From assembly GCF_037042905.1 (NCBI RefSeq), contig NC_087252.1, positions 20,586,001 to 20,650,000 on the forward strand: 64,000 nucleotides of DNA, read 5' to 3'. Shown here piece by piece: positions 23,790 to 36,053 of the stretch (positions are counted from its first letter, which is position 1; each line of letters begins with the position of its first letter). The translations under genes were made by a program, and so were the position numbers. The DNA comes from Lytechinus pictus (lineage: Eukaryota). The notes beneath the pieces are model-generated. The model had not been told where the DNA came from, ran no database searches, and was given only the letters and a program-made list of their open reading frames with translations.

Positions 23790-25110
23790 ACAAAACTGTT
23801 AAAGCAAATTATAATTAATATTGTTCTCCATTGGAACATATCTTTAACTTTTCACTCCACTGGATGCTTTTCTGATCTATTAAAATAGCCAAAGTAATCA
23901 TGATGCATATAAAAGATGATCCTACCCAAGTTAAAAATTATCGGCCTATCTCCTTCTTGCTATGCATATAAAAAATATTTGTTTACAAAAGATTGGATTC
24001 CTTTTTGTCATTTAATAAGATTATTACACCTGCCCAGTTTGGATTTAGAAAAAAAAACTCTCCACTGACTTCGCAATACAAAATTGTTATACAAAGTTGT
24101 AAACTCACCGTCTTTAAAAAAGAAATCACACCATTCCTTTATGTATAGACCTAAGTAAAGCTTTTGATACCATTGACCATGATATCTTATTTTAAAAATT
24201 GTATAATTACGGGATTAAGGGGCATTGTTTGGTCATGGATAAAAATTCATCTCTCCAATAGGCAACAATACGTTTCTATCGGTGATTTTAAACCTCCTGT
24301 ATCGTTTTTCAATTGCGGCGTCCCACAGGGTTCTATTCTGGGACATTTGTTATTTTTAGTATACATTAATGATATAGTAAATTCATCCTCTCGTTCTTTC
24401 TTTCGTCTTGTTTGCCGATGATACGAATATTTGTTATCTCTCAAGAACTCATCAGAATTGATAAATATATGAAATTAGAATTAAACAAAGTTTTTTTCGG
24501 TTTAAATGTAAAAAAGTTGTCTCTTAACACAAGTAAAACTCATATTATGCATTTTAAATTATCTCATAGAAATAACATTTTTACACAAGATATTACAATT
24601 GATACTGTGCCCTTAGATAAAAAAAAAAGATGCGTAAAATTCCTTGGTATCACAATAGACAAGCATTTATCATGTACTCCGCACATAAGCAATATGTCTA
24701 CCTCTGTAGCTAAATGAATTGGAATTCTATATACATTTAAAAAAAATCTTACCAGAGAAGATTCTTCATTCTGGGGAATAGCTGCAAGACAAGGCTTGAT
24801 CATATACTTTTATTGCAAAAGAATGCGGTTAAAATTTGTTCCAAGTCTGCATATCTTTCACATACAGACCCTCTTTTTTATCCTCTGAAAATATATAAGA
24901 TAAATTATCTGAATACATTAAAAATTGTACTTTTTATGCATAGATATAAATATGACATGCTTCCTCCAGTATTCACTGATTTATTTTCATAATAACAATT
25001 TACACTCATGTCCAACAAGAACGTGCAATAATATTCACTTAAATAATCCAATAATCCCAAGACACAATTTGCACATAAAACACTAAGACATCATGGACCT
25101 GATATTTCAA
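23790..25110 (+). pseudogene. Decayed CR1/L2-clade LINE ORF2, reverse transcriptase portion
   Basis: Motifs KIAKVI, NYRPISLL, AQFGFRKK, IDLSKAFDTIDH, GVPQGSILGHLLFLVYINDI, LFADDTN and KFLGITIDKHL, with frameshifts and stops. Confidence 0.92.
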
Positions 25111-26091
25111 CCATTAATTGATATTAAACCAATACCTAACAAATCAAAAAAATATATATATTATAGTATCATTATTATTTTAATGAGACATTTACTTTTA
25201 TCTAGAACAGTCATGTATAAATAAAAAAATGAAATAACAAAACGTAATATTTTCTAAAAATTTCATCCAAGGACCAAGCATATCCCCCCCCCCCCCCTCC
25301 GCTCCCAGTCCCTTCATGCACTTGCACGTTTTATGACAGTAGATATAATTATTTTGGCTATTTTCCAGGCCTGTCAGTTTTCAAGTTTTGCTTTTGTAAA
25401 CGACCCTTGCAAATCTTGACGTCAAATTTCAGATATGTATTTTCTTTTCCAAAATTTTGTCATGAAAAATAATGCAAAATCCAGTAAATGAAATGAAATA
25501 AGTTATTGAATCGAACATTTACCATGTCATAGATTTATTGCCTTTTCGTACACTACTTATTTTGAATATTTCCGATATCGTCTAGTTCAACGATTCAGTC
25601 CTTTAAATCAAATATTCAATTGTATCTTGGTTTTCCATAATCATTTTGCCTGTTGTTGCTTTTTTTTTTTTTTTTTTTAAGAGTGGGTAGTGATTTTTCT
25701 TTCTTTTCATGCATTAAATTAAGTTTTGAAGTTTTGTGTACATTTTTGTATATTTGCTTTATTTGCATATATTTATGTTTTAAAGGACCCCATGGAAGAA
25801 CAGTGGTATTTTATTAATACCGCTGAAATGGGCCACCCTCCATATGATCTGTAGGTTATGTTAAATTGAGCATGCATATATTTTATATTTTTATATGGAA
25901 ATAAATACAAACAAACAAACAAGTTTCTTCTTAGGGTTATGTTGTCTACCGTGCGTGTGTTATTTGCAAAGTAAAATGTATATAAGCGATTAAAGAGAGC
26001 GTACTGAGAAAATAGAAGTAAAATAAGTTCATTTGAGCAGAACTGATGAACAATGCAAGGTCGAAGAGAAAGGCTTGACGTAGTACATTTC

Positions 26092-26430
26092 GGCCTGTAT
26101 TCTGAAGTCAGGTTTAACTGAGACCACGGTATAACTCTCTGGTAAAATCATGGGGGCCAAAAATTCAAAAATATGTTTTTCTTACGTTACTATTTTGTTT
26201 CCCTTTGCTTTCTTAAAGAAGAAAAATACTTTAGTTTAGTAATCATTCCCAGACAATAAATATGAACGATTTGGGTGTCATATGAGTTAATAAATTCATT
26301 GTGTATTGTTAGGAATTTGAGTTAATAAATTCAATGTGTATTGTTAGGAATTTGTGCCTCAATTGGTTCTCCATAGGTAAAACAACTTTAAACCAGGGTT
26401 TAATTCAAACCTGAGTTCAGAATACAGGCC
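26092..26430. mobile_element. MITE (GGCCTGTATTCTGAA TIR family)
   Basis: TIRs GGCCTGTATTCTGAA / TTCAGAATACAGGCC. Relatives lie at ~30497-30801 and 47281-47605. Confidence 0.8.
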
Positions 26431-26899
26431 ATAGGATATAAGGCAAAACATATATATTACTCTTGATTCATATTTCGATATATTTACAAAAGGACCTAGA
26501 AATACATGTGTGAGCTTCATAGACGGCAAAAAGCAAAAGGCAAAAATGTAGTATGTATATTCAAGTATGCAAGAAATGAAGGTCCAGACAAGAAAAATTG
26601 AAAAACGGATATCGTTGGAAAAAAGGGAAGAAAAAGAAGAAGAAGACGAAAAAGAAAAGAGAAGAAAATTAAGAAGAAATGAAGTACGTATATTAAAAAA
26701 AATAAAGGTCCAGACCAGAAAAATTGAAAGACAGACATCGATGGAAAGAAGGGATAAAAATAAAAAAAGAAGAAGAAAGAAGAAAAAGAAGAAGTAAGAA
26801 GGATAGAGAGAGAAAAGAAATAGAAGTGAAGGAAAAGAAGCATCTGTCGTTCTTGATTCGTCTACATTAATACCGTTGGGTTTAAAGTTTTTAACTTGA

Positions 26900-28024
26900 G
26901 GTTTCAGAAGGATTCCCTTTATGTTATAATACATAAGAAACATTTTTTCATAACTTTATTTTGCTCCCGCCTATATAGATGTCGTCATTGTTCCCGGTAC
27001 TCGCATTTTTTTTTTAACGTTTTTAAGTCAATATACACCAAATATATTTCCTCGCACTTCGACTTATTATTGTTTTATGAAGTGACATATTGTTCTTGTT
27101 CATGACTACTTAAAAAGATTGCCCCATTTTAAGGTGTTAATGTAAAACATTTCCTGTCCGTGCTTACGTTCGCACTAGTAGATTGGTGAGATATGTCTGC
27201 TCCTTATGAATTCCTAAAAATTAGTCCTTAAAATGTCCCTTTTTCTGATCTGAATATAAAAAAATTCAGCTCGTGCTTCGCGCTCGCATCATTTGTTTTA
27301 TAGTGAAATACGTATCGTATGGTCTTAGTGAATTCTTACAAACAGGCCTTAGAATGCCTCTCTTCAGGTCTGAATATCCTAAATTTTCAGCTCGCGCTTC
27401 GCGCTCGCAATATTTGAATAGTGAGATGCGTATTATCAGCAGTGTCGTGCCTGGCACAGCTGAATATGGGTTATCCAGCCGATTCCAATTTGTTGTTTCT
27501 CTCACTCTTATATATGTATGTATTTGTCTTTTTTATGTATTCGGGATCGGCAAAATAAATACTATACTATACAATGACTACAAAAAGTGCTTCATGTGTT
27601 TAGATGTAGCAAAATCAGCAAGCGCTTTGCACTCGCATTAGATGACTATGGTGAGATATATATACTCTTAATGGATTCCTAAAATATAGTCCTTAACATG
27701 TCCTTGTTTGGGGTCAATATTTACAAAAATTTCAGCTCGCGCTTCGCATTGTTTGTTTAGCGAGACAGGTATGTATCATGATTACAAAAATTTGCTTAAA
27801 ATGTCCTTTTTTGGTCTGCATATCAAAAGTTTTCAGCTCGCGCTTCGCGCTCGCATTATTTGAGCAGTGAGATACATATCCGTTTAATGGCACTGTCCTT
27901 AAAATGTCCCTATTAGGTCAGTATACCTGGCAACTGAGCGCGCTTCGCGCGCTCACTAAGTGACACACGAATTTGCTGGTGCCCCCTCCCCCCCCCCAAT
28001 GCCGTGACTCACGGTACGCCACTG
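26900..28024. mobile_element. Arm of a hAT-like element with CAGCTCGCGCTTCGCGCTCGCA subterminal repeats
   Basis: The motif recurs at about 27267, 27388, 27733 and 27834, and the arm ends ...GGTACGCCACTG. The left boundary is uncertain. Related repeats occur at 12420-12720 and 37600-38000. Confidence 0.65.
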
Positions 28025-30889
28025 TCCTTGTGTATACATGTAGGTGGCTGTGGTTTTTCCAACATATTGCATCTTGCATTTCTTGCAAGTTATCAGCAAT
28101 ATCACAAAGTTAGATAGTGAATGAGTTGGGTAATAGGAAACATTTGGCCCGTGATTGTGCTTGTAAAGTGATATGTTTCCTCAATGAATGGGCAGATGCA
28201 ACATTTGCGTGCACTGCGCCTTTGCGTTGGGGATTTTCAGGGGTCGATAGGTCCATGTTGGGGATCCTCGATGATATTCAAAGGTATAAGTATGCCTTTG
28301 TTGATGCCTTTTTTCAACTAAATAAGGGTCATATTTGTTGTTATTTTCCATTTTATTAATTCTGTTGCTTATTCTATATTTTGCTTTATTTGTTTTATTT
28401 AGCAAATATAACTGAAGAGAGCCAGGGCTTCGCAACACAGTGTTTTATTCTGTTCTATTATTGACGATCATCTACTCTTCACACACATACCCACTCACAC
28501 ACACACACACACACACACTTATATATATAAATATATATGTTTCGTTGAACAAGTATTTTTTCATATGTATTTCTTTTGGTTTAGTTCAGAAGGCATAATT
28601 TGAAGACACCTTAGAAATTTACGTTGACTGCAAAATTGGCCTGTTAAAATTAGGCAGTTATCTACATGTGCAGCGAGCATGTTTGGAGCTGTTTCGCTGT
28701 AGTTTTTTAGGAAAATGAGACCGTGAGGTTTCATTTCTGACTTTTCGAGTTATTGGTACTTTCCGCCAAGAAAGTGAGTAAAGTATGAGTTAAACAAGAT
28801 CCATTTATGTAATGTACAAATGTGAAAATTTGGAACGGAAAGTGTACGAGTCAAGTGAAAGTTTTAACGCATGTTTAAAGCGCCCATTGCAAGCGGCTAG
28901 GTTCAGTGCTTGTATTTTCTTTTTAGTGCGGGAATGACAAAAGACCAAAAAAGATTAAAAGTCAAAGTTATAAGATACACTTTCTATTCTGAATCTGCAC
29001 ATTTAGTTTATAAACTAAGGGTTATGATACATGTAAAATGATAAACAGAAGCAAGATAATGTATTTGTTTTAAACTAGTCTGTAAATTATAAACAGACAT
29101 AAGCCCAAGAAGTAATTTGTTTTTAAACAGAAAATGAGATGAACATTTTCAGGCATTGTGTTAGATGAAGAGTATGCATGAGATTAACAAACAAAATTCC
29201 CATGCTTCGTAAAAATAGTGAGATTACAGTTTAAAAGCAAGAGTCGATATTAATATTGAAGATAACACATGTGTGTTCTTGCTCAATATCTAGGTTTAGA
29301 ATTTGTGAGAAATACACTTTTTGAATTAGTTGGTTTTTTAATAACAGATATTGTTAAAACCAAAAGTAAGGTTTTGTGAATGTAAAGGATTTCCAAATTT
29401 AGGAAAAACAGAATTATGTCAGAAAAAGGATAAATTATGCACCAAGCATTAGAATGTTGTGTTTTTATAAGTGCAAACTGCACAGATAAGAAAATGCAAA
29501 TATTAGTCTTCTTTCAGACGTTTAGATTTGTCTTTGGCAGATTTTGAATGCAACAAATATGCATCATTTTTGTAATTGCTTCAGTCATTTTTTACTATGA
29601 ATAATTGATGCCAGTTGGCTCATGTTTACGGTAGGCATTTGAGATTCAATGTTAACCATTGTTATATTTGAGGTGTTTGTTTACTCATGATGTCACAAGT
29701 AGGATATTTGGAGTTCTCAGATTGAGAAATTTAACTAAAACTCTAACTGAAACAAGTTAAACAAGGAAGACACCTGTTCAGACATAGATGATTATTTTTA
29801 CCAGCAATATTCAATTTATTTGTCAAGTAATTAATGCAAACATGACATCATGAAAGTAAAAGCAAAGACTTCAGATCTTTTATAAACAATTTGATTCAGA
29901 CTGTAAAGTCAAATATGTATTGGTTCATGACAATTTAGGAAGTTATGTAAACCACGTAACATTCAGTGATACGTTTATGGTCTTGAAACTGAGGATGTTT
30001 TTCCCTCTTTTTCTTTTAACTCCATAGATTGAATAAAACACAGTTACATCGGTTCTTCGGAGGCCAGCTCAGTTGACCGTTGTATACTTATACAATCCCA
30101 AGCGGAATTTGCCACCTGTAATCGCTCCTTTTCGTCAACGATCCAATATATCTATAATTATGTAAATTGTCCTTTATCAATATTTATATACATCACAACT
30201 ACTTTTTTACCATCGTCAGACTCGCTTTCAATATCAGTCTACCCCCCCCCCCCCCCCGGCCCCCACTTCCCCTTTTCCCATTCGTCTCTCTCTCTCTCTC
30301 ATTATGAGCCATCATTGATTTTTTTCAATCAGTACTTTGTGCCCGTTATTGGCCTCCCATATATTCTTCTTTCTTTCGCTCTCTCACTCTCTTTCTCTCT
30401 TTTTACAAAGTCAGGGGCATCCAACGGAGGGGGCGTTTGCTAATGTAGTTGATGCTCTCTACGTTCGTTGGTTGGAGGTATTCCATATAGTAAAGGTCTA
30501 GCGTATTCTGAAGTCCGATTAAAGACTGTGGTCTATTCTGTGCTTAAGTTATGGGAGCCGAAAATGAACAAAACTTTGATTAATTTCAAACTTCTGCTAT
30601 CATTTTGTGTTCTTGTCCTTTTTCGGAGGTTAAAGGGTGAATAAAACTGCATCTTTATAATTCGCAAAAAAGTTATGATGAAGCGACACCAAAATGTGCT
30701 ATAAAATGGAATATTTCATGTTTAAGATTTTTAACACAGTTATGGTCAATCCACAGTTAAACCATAGAGTTCAGATTAAACCCGAGTTCAGAATGCTGAC
30801 CTATATCTTCTATATGACACCTTGTGAATCGACTTTGAAAATTAAATACACCCGCTCCTGAAAGAAATATATATATATATATGTGTGTG

Positions 30890-31410
30890 TGCGAAGTTAT
30901 ACATGTACAACAGCTTTGGCAATTATTTTATTAAATATTGTGTGAAAGAAATGGATGAATAGAACAATGGTAGGCGTAGCTTAAATCAAGGATCCCCAGA
31001 GCTATCTACCCTTTGGAAAAATTGGTGATGCCGAAAAAATGTCTCTGCCGGGAATCGAGCCCGGGCCCCCAGCTTTGAACACCGGTGCCTTAACCACTAG
31101 ACCACAGAGACGGGTTAGTGGCTAGGGCGACCCCGATCCGACTGACCGTCAGATAGACAGATTTTCGACACCATACCAATTACAATTTCCTTTGTCGGGT
31201 GAAGGTGGGTTTTTGAACAATGACAAGCCGCCATGCCTCAGCTGGATCAAAGGTATTGCTTTGATACAGTACACGTATGGGAGAAAGTGTACAAATGTGT
31301 GAAGTTATACATGTACAACAGCTTTGGCAACTCTTTTATTAAATATTGTGTGAAAGAAATGGATGAAGAGAACAATGGTAGGCGTAGCTTAAATCAAGGT
31401 TACCCAAGGT
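30890..31410 (-). mobile_element. ~408-bp unit plus partial direct repeat, flanked by (TA)n, carrying a tRNA-like gene
   Basis: 30893-30990 is repeated at 31299-31400. TA tracts lie at 30867-30882 and 31416-31436. The unit is homologous to 4975-5230. Confidence 0.75.
31040..31111 (-). tRNA. tRNA-like gene with TCA anticodon (tRNA-Glu-like scaffold)
   Basis: GTCTCTG TG GTCT AGTGGTTA AGGC A CCGGT GTTCAAA GCTGG GGGC CCGGG CTCGATT CCCGG CAGAGAC A, then TTTTTT. All four stems pair. Function unproven. Confidence 0.55.
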
Positions 31411-32559
31411 TCACACTATATATATATATATATATTTGGGGGGGTCATCATAAACCATTAAAGTAATGAAATATATGCATTTTTATTACATAGTATACGG
31501 TATACTTGCTCGTGTATGAACGCATCACAAACTTTAAAAATTCAATTAAAAAAAAAATGATTTTTTATGGATTTGTAAAGCGCATTGAGGGTCTTTTTAC
31601 TATAATGCGCTACATAAATTTCAAATAATATTATCATTATTTTTCCTCAAAGCTTAACAAATGTTTTGGGGTTTTTTCTGACACACTTCCCCTTTAAGTA
31701 CCCAAATATGTTTCGTAGATTTTAGAAAGAATATATTTTTTGTCAGTTTGGTAAGCTTCACCCCGGAAAAAAGGGAGATCTCAGATTTCATTCCTTCTCT
31801 TACGTCATCGACGATCATCAATAAGGTGACAGTGGGATGCATGGATATATTATTTATTAAAAAAATGGATACAGCAACAACAGGCTATATTGGGGCCACC
31901 GGAAATACTTAAGAGTACTCCCAAGGGTCAAGCGCGCACAAAGTTCCTCACTTCTTCTCGTTTGTGTGTGCGTGCTGCTTCTTGCCTGTTGTTACGGTCC
32001 CATATACTTTTAATTGTGTCATGGAGGGCTTTTCCTCGAGCTTCAAGGTCTTGTGTGCGGCAGTACACAACGAGCTCTATCCAGGTTTTTAAGATGATAT
32101 TAATGAGGGAATATAGCTTTGTCAGAGCTGACCACCTATTAGCTTTGTCAGGCATGCTTTAGCATCGCTTTGAAGAGGTTTTGCGTGAAAGAATGGAATG
32201 TTATCTTCAGTACTTGTTTAGTTGTGGGAGGTTCCATGCAATTGTGGGTCATTGGCTCTGACTCTGATTGACAGATGCTGTTACAGGAGAAATGAGATCC
32301 GAGCTCTATTATCATTAGGTGGGGCTTACCAAGTTAAAACAAGAATGTACGTTCAGAATATTATACGGAACATAAATGGATACTTAAACGGATATATATG
32401 ATTTGTGATAATAAGAATAATCTTGACGTTGCGAACGTGCATACTTCTACTCTAGACATAAATGTGGTGTGTCACCCATACCCATAAATCCATGACATAA
32501 TAACGCTTGCTACTCTCTCTCTCTCAAAACAAACCAGACGCTACAAGAAATGATGCAGA

Positions 32560-33223
32560 ACGGTTTAGGTTTTATTCGTTAATAATTCGATAACATTTTT
32601 CAGGTGATAGTATTGACAATCTAAGGCTCAGCAATTATCGGGGGCTAACTTGGTGTTGCTGATGAGGAGATCATGTGAAAGGCGTAATTAGTCGTGAATA
32701 TTTTCCAAAAAGTCATTTAGTTCACGGAATGTCTCTTCTCAGAGGAGACCATATATGCTGTTGATGATAAATGAATACAAACTAATTGATTGTCTAATAA
32801 AGATGATGTTATTACTATATCATGGAGAAAATATTCTTACAATTCTCGTTCTATCGATGCACACAGGCAAATAAATTTGAATATTATCATGGCCAATTAG
32901 ATATTTTCGGTGCGGTATTAGACCATTTTTCAAGAAGAAAACATTGACTGGCTAGGACATAATGAACATGGAGAAAGGAAAAATTTTCTTAAAACATGCA
33001 GGTTAAGCAACACATGCCAGTTTCCCCCGCGTTTACATTTGATATCTAGATAAAAATTTACCCCTTGCGGGAAATAGCATTTTGTAAAGTCATGTCATGT
33101 TATATGTGTCGCGTAATTTATTAACTTCTGAAGTAATCAAACATTCAGATGGTTTTTAAAGCAAATCGAACTAAATTTCATGTTCCACAACTCTTCTTCG
33201 TTTCACTTGGAGCCGGCCGCACT
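32560..33223 (-). other. Candidate terminal non-coding (3'UTR) exon of the subtilisin gene
   Basis: Strong acceptor TTTTTTTATTTTCAG ending at 33224. Minus-strand AATAAA at 33117-33122 and 32571-32576. Such an exon is needed if the donor at 35933 is used. The 3' end is uncertain. Confidence 0.4.
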
Positions 33224-33427
33224 CTGAAAATAAAAAAAACATATAGTTAATAACTCTTTAAGAAGGAGATTGCTAAAAATGGCTTACATTTCATAGGCCT
33301 ACATGTACGCGTCGGCGAAAACGTGAATCCATATGAGAATAAGAGAATCCCGGGTTCGAATTTCACAAGGGAAAATAACATCATTAGTCATGAAATCAAT
33401 CTCTAATTGGCTACTCTCCATCACCCA

Positions 33428-34546
33428 GGGGGTGTTTCACAAAGATTTAAGTATGACTTATGGTCGAACTTAAATACAGAGCTGCGAACGGTGAAAGGTT
33501 TGGCCGCACTGGTCAGACCGTGTCATGAGGAGGCGCACTACTGCGTATTTATCAATAAGTACCGTGTTTACACTTAATCGGCAATTGGTTCTGAACCAAA
33601 TGCCGATGCAGAATCGGCATTTGGATTGCGTTTACACGTTGTTACAGCTCGCGGTTCAGAACCGCGAGCCGATGCAAAAACCTGAAATGATACGCATACC
33701 TACAATATACGTCATAATAAAGACAACACTGGATCAGTGCGCTTACAATTACGTCACAATAGTAAAGTAATTGAAATGCGCACAAATTGCCGGTGCAGAA
33801 TCGGCATTCTGTTTACACGTAGTAAAAAAGCCGATTCTGCATCGGCTCGCGGTTCAGAACCTACTACTTTGGTGGTGCAAATTGCCGGTTCTGAACCGCG
33901 AGCCGATTCAAGTTGCTCGCGTTTACACGCTATGAAAAAGCCGATGCTGAATCGGCTCGCGGTTCAGAACCGCGAGCCGATTCAAATGCCGATTAAGTGT
34001 AAACACGGTAAATATTGCGCATTGCATATCATGTACGCGTCGGCATTTAACATAAAGTGCAGCATTTATTGTACGTTTGTAGTTTGTTACTGAAATTTTA
34101 CATTTTTCAGATTGAGATTGTGTTATCTTTTACGCCATTTTTAAGAACTGACAGTGCTGTTAAACTTAAAATTGCAAACAAATAGCACTATTAATAGATT
34201 CTCCATTCTAACGATACAATTATTAACTCTCTTGCGAAATTTGATGACCTTTTCATGTATTTTGAATGAGTAATGGAGGTTTAAACTCATTGTAGTAATC
34301 TTGGGCGGTCTAAAAATGCCAAATTCTTTTGAATGCGCAATTCTTAAGAACATCAATTTGGGTGAACTTTGAAGCTCTATAGCAAAAAATCAAGCACATG
34401 GACCTATGTTAATTTTTGCATATTTCGAATATTAAGGTTCTAAAGTATCTATGTGCAAAGTTTGGTGAAAATGACATGGATTTCACTTTAACTGTGGAAC
34501 GTCCTTAAGTAATACTTAATTCTTTGTGAACCCCCCCCCCCCCCCG
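33428..34546. mobile_element. Harbinger-like MITE with nested insertion(s)
   Basis: Termini GGGGGTGTTTCACAAAGATTTAAGTAT / ATACTTAATTCTTTGTGAACCCCC. Confidence 0.6.
33560..34010. mobile_element. Palindromic MITE nested in the previous element
   Basis: Perfect 24-bp TIR TACCGTGTTTACACTTAATCGGCA, with internal GGCTCGCGGTTCAGAACC repeats. Confidence 0.85.
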
Positions 34547-35940
34547 GCTTAAAATGGGAAGGTCTAACCAATTAATCTGGAAACCAATATCAGGAAAGAT
34601 ATTCCCATCCCCGCCCAGTCCCTTGACTGTACATTCTGCCACTATCCTTCCAGTTGCTAAGAGCCCGAGACTAGCCAGAAAAAGAAGGCCTTTGCCTAGT
34701 AATTTAATTTCTTTTTAGTATCCTTTGCATGAATGGTCCCCATGGATCTGAAAGGAATGGTGAAAAAACATGTAGGGCCGCCAGAGGGGGTGGTTGGAAC
34801 TATATGGTTCCCGAAGTGACGCCAGATGCGACTTAAAAAACATTGTCGAGTTGGCATCTCTGAGGGGACAGTTAGTAATTTCACTAAACCTCCGATCGGA
34901 GGCTGGATATATATTGGTTTAAATCCGTCATTGGTATTAAACACAACAGATATAGGAAATACAACGTATTGAATAACAATGGGTGATTTCAAGTTCAGTG
35001 TTGACCTTTTGGTGTTGGTGTTAGGTCACTCACTAGTTGTTGAGATGTCAATCATGTGATCTGGATAAGTTTTCCAAAATCTGAATTAGTTTTGGAGCTA
35101 GGGGAAGCAAACCAAATTTCAACACTAACACCAACACCAAGGCCAACACCGGACTTGAAATCACCCAATAAGTCATCCCAGGCAACGTCTTGCAAAGAGT
35201 AGTGATTGATGCAATCAACCTCAATCCGTCAATGTCATGATATTCTGAACAAATCTTGCAAATATTCATTTTTGTTAAGCAAAGATGAGCAATATTGAAT
35301 TGTCAAGTAAAGTTACGAATGTATGAATAAACATTATATCTAGATAACATTTTGAACAAACATGCATTTTCTATGTTAACGTTGCTGGCTTTCCATCATT
35401 TTGGTTGATCGGATCAATCGCAACTCTTTGTATTGTAAGACTGGGCCCCGGTCTTCGAGTGATAGATTATTTAACCGGTGTACATAGAGGACCACACCAG
35501 TTATTTTACTCCGGTGTTAAATTGATGGTGTTAATTTAACACCTATAGGTGTTATTACAACACCTTTGGTTGTTACATTTACACTCTTTGGTGTTATGTT
35601 CAATCTCTAGGGTGTAATTTTAACACCTCGGGGTGTGGTCCTCTATTAACACCAACTGGTGTCAGTTTTAACACCACAGTTTTTACAGTGTAGGTGTATC
35701 CCGCCGCAAGCTTTAGCTTTTAGTGTATACGCCTTAAACCTAACATGTACATATTTATATTCTTCAAAACAAACTGATTTTTGTATGAATTTGTGTTTAC
35801 CAAAAATTTAGAAACTTGTGAAATGGAAGAAAATAATAGTTTATTTTAATTTAAAAAAAAAACGTTACGGGGTTTGGACCAATCACCTGTTAAGATTATT
35901 TATTAGGACAGATGTAAAATCAGTTATACTCACCTGTCAT

Positions 35941-36053
35941 CTATCCGACGTAGAGAAGTTTGTTTGGACTACCACTTCCTACATTACTGATCTTATATAA
36001 AGAAACATCATTTAGCATTGAAGAAGTCGACTTTCCAAAGAGGGCAATGGCAC
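35941..36053 (-). CDS. Subtilisin-like S8 protease, coding exon 8 (last)
   Basis: Phase-1 acceptor AAAG|GT. Encodes (G)AIALFGKSTSSMLNDVSLYKISNVGSGSPNKLLYVG*; the GSPNxLLY ending is typical of aqualysin-type proteases. Confidence 0.9.

Noticed and set aside
26359..26943. Long Phe/Leu-rich or Lys/Glu-rich ORFs (also 15202-15596, 37032-37278)
   Set aside because: Low-complexity purine/pyrimidine tracts inside repeats.
31040..31111. Calling the TCA-anticodon cloverleaf tRNA-Sec
   Set aside because: It lacks the long variable arm and the extended acceptor/D-stem geometry of tRNA-Sec.
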